A stretch of DNA of 63,136 nt, filler included. It is 4 parts of 4 records of this genome, joined end to end, with 100 filler letters (N's around TTAATTAATTAA, not from the genome) between each part and the next. Parts side by side here need not be neighbours in the genome. Positions count along the whole stretch, not along the records: positions 21,579 to 51,664 come from SRR20825010_647; 3 more parts are not named here. One strand, 5' to 3'. The notes under the pieces are model-generated. The model was not told the DNA's origin. It made no database searches and was given only the letters and a program-made list of their open reading frames with translations. Below, in pieces: positions 41,332 through 51,287 of the stretch; position 1 is the first letter of the stretch; the number at the start of each line of letters is the position of its first letter. The position numbers were made by a program, and so were the translations under genes.

Positions 41332-42423
41332 ATGAGAAAAACGCTGATTGCCATTGGCATCTTTGTCGCGCTGCTAGTTGTGGCCATATGGTACTTCTCA
41401 AGTATTTTTATTTACATCACTTTTTCGTTGGTGTTCGCCACAGTCTTGCGACCGATAACCAATCGAATCAGCAAGTTTGAAGTGTCGCGCCGATCCGTGC
41501 CAAGACCAATGGCCATTTTGGCTTCATTCTCCTTGGTTGTAGGAGTGATTGTGGCCTTCATCACACTTTTTATACCGCTGATTTCTCATCAAATTGAGAT
41601 TATTTCGACTTTCGACTTTGATACGGTTTTTAACAACGTGTTTCAACCGGTTAAATCCATCGAAAGTTTTCTGATTCGAAACAACCTGACAACCTCGGAA
41701 GAGGGCTTCCTCATTCAGGGCATCCATGACAGTATTTTTGCTTTTTTTGGAAGGATTCAACTAACCGAACTAATCAATGGATTTTTCTCAGTCGCTGGCA
41801 ATATTTTCGTGGGATTGCTCGCAGTAACCTTTATTACCTTTTTTCTTTTGTATGAAGACGGGATCATCCGGCGGCAGCTCATCTCGATTATCCCCAATCA
41901 ATATTTTGAGGTTTTCATTTCAGGGCTGTATAAAATTGAGAAGTTATTATCTAATTATCTATTGGGCTTGCTTTTTCAAATGGTTTCTATCTTTAGTTTG
42001 GCCAGCATCGGTCTTTCTATCGTCGGGATCGATTATGCCGTTACGATTGCTGTCTTTGCTGCGGTGGCCAACCTGATTCCTTATATGGGGCCAATTCTGG
42101 GCGGAATCTTTGGTGTTTTGGTAACCATTTCTACTACTGGCGATTTTACTTTTTCAAATGAAACCGTATTGCTGGTCGTAAAGGTTTTTGCGGTTTTTGC
42201 TGCGGTTCAGGTAACCGACAATGTTGTTTTGCAGCCATTAATTTTCTCCAAAAGTGTAAAAGCCCATCCTTTAGAAATATTTGTCATTATTTTTGTCGGC
42301 GCAACGATCGCCGGCATCCCCGGTATGATAGCTGCCATTCCTGTTTATACCATCGTAAAGGTTTCGACTTCAGAGATTTACTCAGGATTTAATAAATATA
42401 AAGTATTCAAAAGCAAAAACTGA
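41332..42423 (+). CDS. AI-2E family transporter
   Basis: NLIPYMGP, QVTDNVVLQPLIFSKSVKAHPLEIF, GIPGMIAAIP. Confidence 0.9.
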   Translation: MRKTLIAIGIFVALLVVAIWYFSSIFIYITFSLVFATVLRPITNRISKFEVSRRSVPRPMAILASFSLVVGVIVAFITLFIPLISHQIEIISTFDFDTVFNNVFQPVKSIESFLIRNNLTTSEEGFLIQGIHDSIFAFFGRIQLTELINGFFSVAGNIFVGLLAVTFITFFLLYEDGIIRRQLISIIPNQYFEVFISGLYKIEKLLSNYLLGLLFQMVSIFSLASIGLSIVGIDYAVTIAVFAAVANLIPYMGPILGGIFGVLVTISTTGDFTFSNETVLLVVKVFAVFAAVQVTDNVVLQPLIFSKSVKAHPLEIFVIIFVGATIAGIPGMIAAIPVYTIVKVSTSEIYSGFNKYKVFKSKN

Positions 42424-42426
42424 TTT

Positions 42427-43524
42427 ATGGGTTTACAGTGTGGCATTGTTGGACTTCCTAACGTTGGGAAATCTACGCTCTTCAATGCACTTTCAAATGC
42501 CAAAGCTGAGGCGGCAAACTTTCCTTTTTGTACCATCGAACCAAATGTTGGTGTCATTTCAGTACCGGATGACAGATTGAAAGTTCTTGAGGCTTTGGTT
42601 CATCCTGAGCGCGTAGTTCCCACGGTTATTGAGTTTGTGGATATTGCCGGATTGGTCAAAGGTGCCAGCAAAGGAGAGGGATTAGGAAATCAATTTTTGG
42701 CCAATATTCGTGAAGTGGATGCCATTATTCACGTGGTTCGTTGTTTTGATAACGACAACATCATACACGTGGAAGGCAAGGTAGATCCGATCGACGATAA
42801 GGAAGTGATCGATACAGAATTGCAATTCCGTGATTTGGAGTCGGTTGACAAGCGTATCCAGCGTGTGGAACGCACAGCCAAGTCAGGAGACGCTCAAGCC
42901 AAAAAAGAGCTTGAAGTACTGAAAGTATTCAAAACACATCTTGAGGCGGGTAAAAATGCCCGTGCCTTGGAAATGGATAAGGAGAGTCGGGTATTAGTAA
43001 GGGAATTACAGTTGTTAACTGATAAACCAATCATCTATGTCGCTAATGTAGATGAAGAATCTATTTTGACAGGAAACCAATATTCAAAGAAACTGGCTGA
43101 AATAGCTGAGAGTGAACATGCCATTCAAATCAATGTTTCGGCTGCACTGGAAGCACAAATTGCGGAGTTCGATAATGCGGAGGACAAAGCCATGTTTTTG
43201 GAAGAATACGGAATGACTGAATCTGGCTTGAATCGGTTGATTCGTGCGGCTTATTCATTGCTTGATCTCATTACTTACTTCACTGCTGGTGTGCAGGAAG
43301 TTCGCGCCTGGACCATCCAAAAAGGATGGAAGGCACCAGCAGCTGCCGGAGTAATACACACGGATTTTGAAAGGGGTTTTATCAAAGCAGAGGTGATCAA
43401 ACTTTCCGATTACGAAAAATATAAGACCGAACAAGCCTGCAAAGAAGCTGGAAAACTTTCGATTGAGGGTAAGGAATACGTAGTGAAAGACGGTGATATC
43501 ATGCACTTCCGTTTCAATGTGTAA
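42427..43524 (+). CDS. ychF: Ribosome-binding ATPase YchF
   Basis: [36 protein letters not shown] domain, [11 protein letters not shown]. Confidence 0.98.
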   Translation: MGLQCGIVGLPNVGKSTLFNALSNAKAEAANFPFCTIEPNVGVISVPDDRLKVLEALVHPERVVPTVIEFVDIAGLVKGASKGEGLGNQFLANIREVDAIIHVVRCFDNDNIIHVEGKVDPIDDKEVIDTELQFRDLESVDKRIQRVERTAKSGDAQAKKELEVLKVFKTHLEAGKNARALEMDKESRVLVRELQLLTDKPIIYVANVDEESILTGNQYSKKLAEIAESEHAIQINVSAALEAQIAEFDNAEDKAMFLEEYGMTESGLNRLIRAAYSLLDLITYFTAGVQEVRAWTIQKGWKAPAAAGVIHTDFERGFIKAEVIKLSDYEKYKTEQACKEAGKLSIEGKEYVVKDGDIMHFRFNV

Positions 43525-43529
43525 CTAAG

Positions 43530-44822
43530 TTAGAAGTTGCTGCGAATACTTCTATACCCGATCAACTCATCAAAGTTGTTGATTGGGTTTCGATAGTAAA
43601 CCAATATTTCATATTCATTTTCCGTTTGATAAAAGTTGCCTTCCAGATAGTCGGTTGGAAGTATGTCCGATTCCACCCAGAACATGTAATCGTAATACCC
43701 CTGTTTCAGCTTGAGTTTGCCTCGATAGCTTTTTCGCTCCTCATCGTATTGCATTAGGTTGGCGGCATTGAGTTGCCAGTTGTTGTATTTACCGGCGATG
43801 TATACGTTTCCATCAATTTGATTTGAAAGTAACTCAAAATACACATCTACATATTCACTTTGTAATTGTGTGTCGCTAGGGTCACGATTTTCAAGATAAT
43901 AACCCCCATTCATGTCTTTGTTCAGCTGGGAATAGGCCAGCCTTCCTCGAGGTTTATCCTTGCCCAGAAAAGCCAGCACGCGGTTGTCTTCCGGGTGAAT
44001 GATGGCCACATTCATTCCGCGATAATCGATCGATCGCAAGTCGAAAAACCGAAATTCATTAGCGCCGGGAAAGTTGTTTTCCGAATTGAAATGAAAATAT
44101 TCCAGATAAGACTGGTCATGTCGGATCATTGTGGGCTGCAAACCTTGAATTGCTGAACTCCAGTTGTGATTTTGCAAAAGAACAACCTTCAGGTCGCGCA
44201 GGGGATTTACATTATCAAGGCCCTGATATGTTACCGAAAAATTCAGTTGCTGGTGGCTGTTTCGGTTCAGCACCGAGGAGCTCATCTTTATCTCACCTTG
44301 TGGATTGGATATTTTAGAAAACACAAGTGCCCGACGAGATAAGACAATATCCTGATCATTACCTGATTTGAAGACCACTACCAGGTAGTTACCGGGGATG
44401 CTCGGTGTTGGGAGGGTTACCGAATACTGCACGTAGTTGGATCGGGTATTTGCTGAGTAGTTATAATCATTGATGGGAAAGGAGTTGTATTCGTTGAGGA
44501 ACCGCATGCTGGCAAGGTTGGAAGGCTTCCAGTCGGCATTGCAGTGTACATATTTTACGCTCAGTGAAGCGTAATTATCCTGAAACAAATCGAAGCGTAA
44601 GAAGAGCCCGTTTGAATTTCCTGACTCGATCACCGGATTCTCCAGTTCCGATTGTAGATTGAGATTGTATGGAAATAATTGCACCATACCTACATTTAAT
44701 TCGTAATTAACATTGTCACATACCAGTTTTTTCGCTGAGGTTGAATCCGGGGTGCTGATAGGAACGCATGTAGTGAAAAAATACAATGAGCTGATTATGA
44801 GAGTAATTGCGAGATAGTTCAT
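43530..44822 (-). CDS. DUF5103 protein (T9SS plug-like)
   Basis: LRFD, HCNADW..S, GNYLVVV, LQNHNW, GANEFRFFDLR, LKQGYYDY, EGNFYQTENEY..LVYYR. Confidence 0.75.
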   Translation of the reverse strand: MNYLAITLIISSLYFFTTCVPISTPDSTSAKKLVCDNVNYELNVGMVQLFPYNLNLQSELENPVIESGNSNGLFLRFDLFQDNYASLSVKYVHCNADWKPSNLASMRFLNEYNSFPINDYNYSANTRSNYVQYSVTLPTPSIPGNYLVVVFKSGNDQDIVLSRRALVFSKISNPQGEIKMSSSVLNRNSHQQLNFSVTYQGLDNVNPLRDLKVVLLQNHNWSSAIQGLQPTMIRHDQSYLEYFHFNSENNFPGANEFRFFDLRSIDYRGMNVAIIHPEDNRVLAFLGKDKPRGRLAYSQLNKDMNGGYYLENRDPSDTQLQSEYVDVYFELLSNQIDGNVYIAGKYNNWQLNAANLMQYDEERKSYRGKLKLKQGYYDYMFWVESDILPTDYLEGNFYQTENEYEILVYYRNPINNFDELIGYRSIRSNF

Positions 44823-44842
44823 AAATTTTATTGGTGCGGTTA

Positions 44843-44868
44843 CAACGATTTTGTGTGAAACAGAGTCA
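44843..44868 (+). promoter_or_regulatory. Putative ECF-type promoter of the sigma/anti-sigma operon
   Basis: CAAC-N18-GTCA, 22 nt before the sigma ATG; same geometry recurs at 46814. Confidence 0.5.
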
Positions 44869-44890
44869 TAAAAAAACTAATTTAACCTGA

Positions 44891-45451
44891 ATGGCCATCA
44901 CAGACGAAGAGTTGATTGAAGGTTGTTGCAAAGAAAACAGCAAGTCTCAACAAAAATTGTATGACACCTACGGACCAAAGATGTATCCGGTGGCTTTGCG
45001 TTATTCAAAAATGCAACAGGAAGCCGAAGATATTCTTCAGGAAGCATTTATTAAGGTTTTTAAAAACATCAAGACATTCAGAAAGGATTCATCGCTCGGA
45101 TACTGGATCAAACGAATTGTTATCAATACCGCCCTCAACTATCAGCGGAGCAAACTTTATCTCTATCCTATGGTAGATGTAAATGAATTAAGACGAACAT
45201 CCGGATCGGATATGGTTATTTCTGCATTCTCCTACGAGGAGTTGTTGGGATTGGTGAGGCGACTGCCTACGGGCTGTCAGGTGATATTTAATTTATACGC
45301 CATTGAAGGGTATAAACATCATGAGATTGGTGATTTATTGGACATAAGCGAAGGAACATCAAAATCGCAATATGCGAGAGCGAAAAGCCTGTTGCAGGCA
45401 TGGGTACTAGAGAATAATAAAGAAAGTTATGAAAGGGCAGGGGAAAGCTGA
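44891..45451 (+). CDS. ECF RNA polymerase sigma factor
   Basis: AEDILQEAFIKVF, WIKRIVINTALN, LPTGCQVIFNLYAIEGYKHHEIG..ISEGTSKSQ. Confidence 0.95.
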   Translation: MAITDEELIEGCCKENSKSQQKLYDTYGPKMYPVALRYSKMQQEAEDILQEAFIKVFKNIKTFRKDSSLGYWIKRIVINTALNYQRSKLYLYPMVDVNELRRTSGSDMVISAFSYEELLGLVRRLPTGCQVIFNLYAIEGYKHHEIGDLLDISEGTSKSQYARAKSLLQAWVLENNKESYERAGES

Positions 45452-46808
45452 GGATATATTTGAGCGCCAGTGGCGCGAGGCATTTGAGGATGCGGAGCAG
45501 GCACCTCCAAGAATCGTTTGGAGCGAGATAGGGCGAACTATGGCCAATGAACGTATGTTGGTTTACCAGAAGAAGACAATCTATTACCGATGGGCCGCTG
45601 CTGCCGTATTCCTTTTGGCCACATCCATTGGATTACTACAGATTGTCAGAAACCAATCTTTTAATGGCCGAACCGTAGCGACGATCGAAATTGATAATCC
45701 ACAGCAATTGGAAAATAATTTCGCTCTGGGGCTCAATGATTGGACAAGAGAATACGGATCAGGTAACGAACCTCCCGGGAATCGTTTTGCACATTCGGTT
45801 TCTGCAAATGGAAGTGATGATAATCAGGATCATTTCTCAGGCTCCATGGTGGCGATTACCTCCGAAGGCTCGGAAGAAACTGTTTCAGAAGTTGGAGATT
45901 CGTCGCTTCCCGATATGGATCGAATGGAGCCGACATTGGCATTTACCGCAACTGATTTGGTTGATCACATTTATCGAGTAGCTGATTATCGAAATGCCAA
46001 ATCAAGACGAAGATCGGCTAAATCGGAAGGAAATAAATATTGGGCTGGTGTAGATGTACATTCGGGCTCTTTCGATCCCAATTTTCAGAGTACGGCAGGT
46101 GTTTTGAATAATAGCCTTGCTTTTAATCAGGGAACGGAATTTTCCGCATTCAACACGGAAGCCTTAGATGCTAACTCCCCCGTGGTTAGGGAAAACATGC
46201 AATCCGGTCAATCACTTGCTTATGGTGTTAATCTTGGGATGAAACTATCAGACAGATGGACCTTGCAAAGTGGCTTCCAATACATGAAAGCCGGGGCGAC
46301 TAACAATACCAATGTGGTAGTGACGAGCACGCGATTGGTAGAGCCAATAGCGGCTACTTCTCAAATAAAGAATGTAGCGCAGGTACGAACAGCTGTTCAA
46401 GCCGATGAGGTGGTTGAATACAACTATCAGGATGTTGATCTGGACAATGAATTTCAATTCGCAACCATTCCTATCAAGGCCGGTTATCGGGTGCTGGATA
46501 GTCGGTTTAGTTTGGAGCTGAAAGCTGGCTTGGCAGCAAACCTATATCTGGGTAATAAATTGACTGACCCGAATAATAAGATTGCTGATGTTACGATAGG
46601 TCCAGGATCAAACTCTCCTTATAAAGAAGTGAGTTTCCTTGGCTTGGCGGGGGTTCAATTTGGGTACGAGTTTATAAAAAGATTCAATTTGGTGATTGAG
46701 CCGAACTACAGAAGGTCTCTGGATAATTTCACCAAGAACAGTTCAGAGTTTGTTGCCGCTCCTTCAGGTTTTGGGCTTCAAACAGGAATTCGGTATCAGT
46801 TCAAATAA
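45429..46808 (+). CDS. Anti-sigma factor with C-terminal outer-membrane beta-barrel
   Basis: N-terminal WREAFEDAEQAPPRIVWSEI, WAAAAVFLL TM, acidic/Ser linker, amphipathic strands (IPIKAGY, EPNYR) ending GIRYQFK; overlaps the sigma gene. Confidence 0.75.
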   Translation: MKGQGKAEDIFERQWREAFEDAEQAPPRIVWSEIGRTMANERMLVYQKKTIYYRWAAAAVFLLATSIGLLQIVRNQSFNGRTVATIEIDNPQQLENNFALGLNDWTREYGSGNEPPGNRFAHSVSANGSDDNQDHFSGSMVAITSEGSEETVSEVGDSSLPDMDRMEPTLAFTATDLVDHIYRVADYRNAKSRRRSAKSEGNKYWAGVDVHSGSFDPNFQSTAGVLNNSLAFNQGTEFSAFNTEALDANSPVVRENMQSGQSLAYGVNLGMKLSDRWTLQSGFQYMKAGATNNTNVVVTSTRLVEPIAATSQIKNVAQVRTAVQADEVVEYNYQDVDLDNEFQFATIPIKAGYRVLDSRFSLELKAGLAANLYLGNKLTDPNNKIADVTIGPGSNSPYKEVSFLGLAGVQFGYEFIKRFNLVIEPNYRRSLDNFTKNSSEFVAAPSGFGLQTGIRYQFK

Positions 46809-46813
46809 GAGTC

Positions 46814-46839
46814 CAACCTTTTACTGTTAGCGAGGGTCA
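46814..46839 (+). promoter_or_regulatory. Second ECF-type promoter, upstream of a small ORF
   Basis: CAAC-CTTTT...-GTCA with the identical 18-nt spacer. Confidence 0.5.
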
Positions 46840-46865
46840 CTTTGAAACACCGCAACATTAAAAAA

Positions 46866-46970
46866 ATGGAAAACGATACCGCACATGGTCAGGACGACAA
46901 AGCACTTTTCCGGCTGACCACTCTGACTATTATAGTTTTGATTTTACTTTCGCTGCTTTACGCTGTTTGA
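46866..46970 (+). CDS. 34-aa single-pass membrane microprotein (not in ORF track)
   Basis: MENDTAHGQDDKALFRLTTLTIIVLILLSLLYAV*; A-rich leader typical of Bacteroidota starts. Confidence 0.55.
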   Translation: MENDTAHGQDDKALFRLTTLTIIVLILLSLLYAV

Positions 46971-47148
46971 TCTCCTTCTTTGGGTAATGATTCAGAACAA
47001 CATCTTTTGTTAAGCAAAGCCTTTGATTTATTGCAGATTCAGTTGGGTTGAGTAGTAAGAATCCTATAAATTGGCTTAAAATCCCTTTGTAATCCTTCGA
47101 TTGTCAAACACAATTGTGTAATCTTTGCAATCAAAAAAAAGCAGTTCA

Positions 47149-48123
47149 ATGTCAGATAAGCCGATAACCTCCTTTATAGAAAAGCATTATTTACATTTCA
47201 ACTCAGCCGCATTGCACGATGCTGCCAAGGGCTATGTTCAGCACCTGGAAAGTGGGAAGAAAATGTTGATTTCTCTGGCAGGAGCCATGAGCACAGCTGA
47301 GCTTGGTATTTCCCTTGCCGAGATGATTCGTCAGGATAAAGTTCAGATTATATCCTGTACAGGTGCGAACCTGGAAGAGGATATCATGAATCTGGTGGCG
47401 CATTCTCATTACAAAAGAATTCCAAATTATAGAGACCTCACTGCCGAAGACGAACGAGCCCTTCTAGATAAGGGACTTAATCGGGTAACTGATACCTGCA
47501 TACCGGAAGAGGAAGCTTTCCGGAGAATTCAGGAACATATTTATAAAATATGGAAGGACGCTGAGGAAAAAGGCGAACGCTATTTCCCGCATGAATTCAT
47601 GTATAAACTACTCGATTCAGGAATGTTGGATGAATATTTCGAAATCGATCCAAAGAATAGCTGGATGCTGGCGGCAAGAGATAAAAATCTCCCCCTAATT
47701 GTGCCGGGATGGGAAGATTCCACCATGGGAAACATTTTTGCATCCTACTGCATTAAAGGTGATTTGAAAGCCTCTACCATGAAATCTGGAATTGAGTACA
47801 TGATGTTCCTATCCGACTGGTATATCAAAAATGCTGGGGACGTTGGCATAGGGTTTTTCCAAATAGGAGGTGGGATAGCCGGCGATTTCCCGATTTGTGT
47901 AGTGCCAATGCTTTATCAGGATTTGGAAATGGAAACCATTCCATTCTGGAGCTACTTCTGTCAGATTTCAGATTCTACCACCAGTTACGGATCATACAGT
48001 GGGGCAGTTCCAAATGAAAAAATCACGTGGGGAAAATTGGATATCGATACCCCGAAATTCATCGTAGAATCGGATGCCACGATTGTAGCTCCGTTGATAT
48101 TTGGCTATATCCTTGGTTGGTGA
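47149..48123 (+). CDS. Deoxyhypusine synthase family protein
   Basis: LAGAMSTAELG, CTGANLEED, NRVTD, PGWEDST, IGGGIAGDF, YGSYSGAVPNEKITWGK (catalytic Lys), ESDATIVAP; ATG at 47149. Confidence 0.93.
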   Translation: MSDKPITSFIEKHYLHFNSAALHDAAKGYVQHLESGKKMLISLAGAMSTAELGISLAEMIRQDKVQIISCTGANLEEDIMNLVAHSHYKRIPNYRDLTAEDERALLDKGLNRVTDTCIPEEEAFRRIQEHIYKIWKDAEEKGERYFPHEFMYKLLDSGMLDEYFEIDPKNSWMLAARDKNLPLIVPGWEDSTMGNIFASYCIKGDLKASTMKSGIEYMMFLSDWYIKNAGDVGIGFFQIGGGIAGDFPICVVPMLYQDLEMETIPFWSYFCQISDSTTSYGSYSGAVPNEKITWGKLDIDTPKFIVESDATIVAPLIFGYILGW

Positions 48124-48702
48124 TTAATGCTTGATCTTCGGTTCGAGCAAGCCCTGCATAAAAAGATTATACTCTTCACAGGTGAGAAACGACTCACCTG
48201 CGGAGTATGGGCAGGTCTGATAGACCAAATCGAATGGGCCTCTCTTGATAATCACCCCATTTCCGTGACAAACCGGACAAATCATTTTTGATAATCCGCC
48301 ACAATCGTATTCTCCGCTGGATAATTCTGATTTCATGTTAGCCTGTGCGCTTCGGCTCAAAACAAGGTATTCTTCCTCAGACAATTGCAAGTACTGGACG
48401 GCCTCCGCATAGAACCTACCCTTAGTCCCCTTAAGCTGGATATATTTATTCAACCAGTTGATAGCTTGCTTGAATTTATCAAGATGAAAGCTATTTCTTC
48501 CGAAATAGTAAGCCATATCGGATGGCAAGGTTTCCATGTTGCTCATCACCCAGAGAAACTCCTTGTCAGCAGCCTTATACTCACCCTTTTGCATCAGATC
48601 AACCGCATAGTCCATTTGTTTGGAGAGCTGCCCGTCTGAGGGTCTTTGTGCGAAACACGCAATGGAAAAAAAGAGGAAAATGTTGAGAAGAGCTACTTTC
48701 AT
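48124..48702 (-). CDS. Exported TPR-like protein with C-terminal CxxCxGxG zinc-ribbon-like motif
   Basis: ATG at 48702 gives signal peptide MKVALLNIFLFFSIACFA; AYYFGRNSF..FKQAINWLNKY; CPVCHGNG...CPYS. Confidence 0.7.
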   Translation of the reverse strand: MKVALLNIFLFFSIACFAQRPSDGQLSKQMDYAVDLMQKGEYKAADKEFLWVMSNMETLPSDMAYYFGRNSFHLDKFKQAINWLNKYIQLKGTKGRFYAEAVQYLQLSEEEYLVLSRSAQANMKSELSSGEYDCGGLSKMICPVCHGNGVIIKRGPFDLVYQTCPYSAGESFLTCEEYNLFMQGLLEPKIKH

Positions 48703-48875
48703 GCTTGAGTTAATGAACGCAAATATGTTAAATAAATTGCAGTTTGATCGATTTGGATGCGTATTGAAGTTTTGCGTTTGACAAGCCGGGCAATAGCCCA
48801 TATCTTCGCAAGGAATTTCAAAATGAATATAATTTTCTACTATTAACACGTTTCAGTAGAAATATCCCCTCATCA

Positions 48876-49220
48876 ATGCAAATACGGAAGTTAGGTTTGA
48901 TTGTTTTGTTTTTGATTCTGGTAATCAGCGCTAGGGCGCAAACAACCAGAGACGTAGCTGCTCCAACACCACCCAAGGCTGTCTATCGGGCGGAAAAGGA
49001 TTCTAAGTTTAGGCTTTTCAAAAAGGAAGAGACAAAGGACCAGGAGGTAGCTGAGTTCAGAAAACGGATGAAGAATGTTTCCAAAAAGAAGAAGAAGGAA
49101 GCACGATTGGCTTTAAAACCCCAATATTCAGACCCTTCCTATTTTGGGCATAAAAAGCCACCAAAAAAGAGATCTAACGGGAAGAAAAAATTCTGCAAGG
49201 AATGTGGGTTAACACACTAG
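48876..49220 (+). CDS. Basic Lys-rich exported hypothetical protein
   Basis: Signal peptide ending ARA-Q; KPQYSDPSYFGHKKPPKKR; C-terminal FCKECGLTH. Confidence 0.75.
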   Translation: MQIRKLGLIVLFLILVISARAQTTRDVAAPTPPKAVYRAEKDSKFRLFKKEETKDQEVAEFRKRMKNVSKKKKKEARLALKPQYSDPSYFGHKKPPKKRSNGKKKFCKECGLTH

Positions 49221-49224
49221 AATA

Positions 49225-49497
49225 ATGGAGGCACTAAGGATTAGCTGCAAAGGGAAAGTGCAAGGTGTTTTTTTTCGGGTTTCCACGAAAAACAAAGCAG
49301 ATGAATTGGAGATAAAAGGTTGGGTAAAAAACGAACCTGATGGTACTGTGTTGATTCATGCGGAAGGTGAATCGGAAAACTTAAAGAAGCTAATTAATTG
49401 GTGCAATGAAGGTCCGAAATATGCTCAAGTCCATGCTGTTGAGTCTGTCGAAGCGATGACTGAAGGATTTAATTCATTTGAAATCACGCACTCCTAA
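49225..49497 (+). CDS. acyP: Acylphosphatase
   Basis: GKVQGVFFR, GWVKNEPDGTV, GPKYAQV. Confidence 0.95.
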   Translation: MEALRISCKGKVQGVFFRVSTKNKADELEIKGWVKNEPDGTVLIHAEGESENLKKLINWCNEGPKYAQVHAVESVEAMTEGFNSFEITHS

Positions 49498-49981
49498 GCA
49501 TCTTATTCCTCCCGATTTCCACATCAAAATAAGAAAGGATAATTCTTCGGATGCCGTAAAAGAGGAATTTACTGTTGGTCTGGTATTTCAAAACACAGAT
49601 CTTGATAATGGCCCTATAAACCTCTGGCTGATTGCAGAGGTAATCCAGCCAGTTTTCAAATTCGACTCTCCAATTTTCGGCATATACTTCGTAATGGCTC
49701 CTACCATCCCAAATAAATTCCAGTTGGTTGTTGCCTTTTTTGAGCCGGTAAATGGCGGCCAGAATGGTGTATAATTCTGTGAGAAACTCCGTGTCAAATT
49801 TCTTTACAGCTTGGAGCTCCAGGATAAAATCGTCCACCAAACCCATTGGGTTTTCATTCACACTATACGATAACAGTGCTTTTTCTACCCACACATGGAG
49901 CAATTGTGGTTCCACAAAGCCTTGGGCGGCTCGTAAGATGGAGTTTTTATCCTGATCGAAATACTTGTCCTGATACTGCAT
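49484..49981 (-). CDS. Hypothetical protein
   Basis: 165-aa ORF of globular composition filling the gap; no family recognised. Confidence 0.65.
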   Translation of the reverse strand: MQYQDKYFDQDKNSILRAAQGFVEPQLLHVWVEKALLSYSVNENPMGLVDDFILELQAVKKFDTEFLTELYTILAAIYRLKKGNNQLEFIWDGRSHYEVYAENWRVEFENWLDYLCNQPEVYRAIIKICVLKYQTNSKFLFYGIRRIILSYFDVEIGRNKMLRSA

Positions 49982-50004
49982 GGATACTAGCTACTATTGG
50001 GCAT

Positions 50005-50036
50005 AAAAAAGGGAATGATAAACTATCATTCCCTTT
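50005..50036 (-). terminator. Rho-independent terminator
   Basis: AAAGGGAATGATA-AAC-TATCATTCCCTTT 13-bp stem with a T-run on the minus strand, after the lipoprotein gene. Confidence 0.85.
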
Positions 50037-50055
50037 GCATTTTTTCTAACTGTTC

Positions 50056-50514
50056 TTACCAAGTGAATTTCCACTGACCGTCGAACGCTGCAGTTCTTCC
50101 AGCAGAACCTGTAATATCAAATGTTACAGTTACGGCAGATTCAGAGATTGTAGCAGTCATGTCAACATTGTCTGAACGCATGATTTTTGTGCCAGCTTCA
50201 TCAAATGTCCATGTTCCACTTCCTCCCCATACGGCATCCGCTCCTTCGTTTGTAGGTACACCTGTTACAGTGTAAGAACCACCGAAGGTTGATTCTACGA
50301 ATGTGAACGTAACACCAAATGCATCCCATTCAGTTCTAGCCGCATTGTCCAGTGTTACGGTTGAAGGTGTGCCAGAAGCAACTGTTACTAGGTTGTTCCC
50401 GATTTCAATTCTAGCATCGGTAGGCTCAGGCTTATCTTTACCTCCACCGCAGGAGACAAAGATCATTAATGAACAAAATACTAAGGCAGTAAGTAATTGA
50501 GTGATTTTTTTCAT
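50056..50514 (-). CDS. Hypothetical beta-rich lipoprotein (lipocalin-like)
   Basis: Lipobox FVSC; W...SGTWTF motif; biased codon use suggests high expression. Confidence 0.75.
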   Translation of the reverse strand: MKKITQLLTALVFCSLMIFVSCGGGKDKPEPTDARIEIGNNLVTVASGTPSTVTLDNAARTEWDAFGVTFTFVESTFGGSYTVTGVPTNEGADAVWGGSGTWTFDEAGTKIMRSDNVDMTATISESAVTVTFDITGSAGRTAAFDGQWKFTW

Positions 50515-50672
50515 GTTTTTTTTGTTTTCTAACTTTTTAATTCTAACTCATTTTAATTGCTAATTATGTAAATCTATTGGATTTTAACAAATAAACCTAG
50601 GATTTAATTTGTATCTGCTAAAATTCAGCAAGTAATACCTTCTGTTAACGAGGGACATTGCAAAAGATTGTT

Positions 50673-51287
50673 TCATGATTGAAAATCTTTCAAAAGAAGT
50701 GTTTTGCTGCACATCTCAATTTCGTGTTTGAGATTGGAGGCCATGATAACAATTGCATTTTTTGAGGAATTTCGAACCAACTCCTTAAACCAATCAATAC
50801 CGTCCTGATCAAGATTTGATGTAGGTTCGTCCAGGAGAATGATTCGTGCATCAAAGTAAAATGCAAGGATGAGTTTCACGCGTTGCTTCATGCCGGAAGA
50901 GTAGTCTTTTATGGGTTTGTCCAACGCTTTCGCGAGCTGTGCCTGCGTGACCACCTCGTCTAGATTATGAATAGGATTTTTGAATTTGCTATGGAAAGCC
51001 AATTGCTCCCGTAGTGTAAATTCTTCGATAAGATTGTAATAAGGAGCTGCAAAATTGATCCGGGTTTGAATCTCGTCCTGATCCAGCGTTATATTGTTTT
51101 CAATGAATGTAATTGTTCCCTCGGTTGCCAGGTTGTAAGTTCCAAGTATTTTCAATAAGGTCGATTTACCGGAACCATTCGGGCCGGTTATTGCCAGTTT
51201 GGTTCCAGAATCAATGCTCAAGTCTACTTTGCGGAAGATCCAGTCCCGGTTGAATCGCTTTCCAAGATTTTCGGTTTGGATAATCAT
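50673..51287 (-). CDS. Stand-alone ABC ATP-binding protein
   Basis: GKRFNRDWIF, GPNGSGKST, YSSGMKQR, LLDEPTSNLD. Confidence 0.93.
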   Translation of the reverse strand: MIIQTENLGKRFNRDWIFRKVDLSIDSGTKLAITGPNGSGKSTLLKILGTYNLATEGTITFIENNITLDQDEIQTRINFAAPYYNLIEEFTLREQLAFHSKFKNPIHNLDEVVTQAQLAKALDKPIKDYSSGMKQRVKLILAFYFDARIILLDEPTSNLDQDGIDWFKELVRNSSKNAIVIMASNLKHEIEMCSKTLLLKDFQS

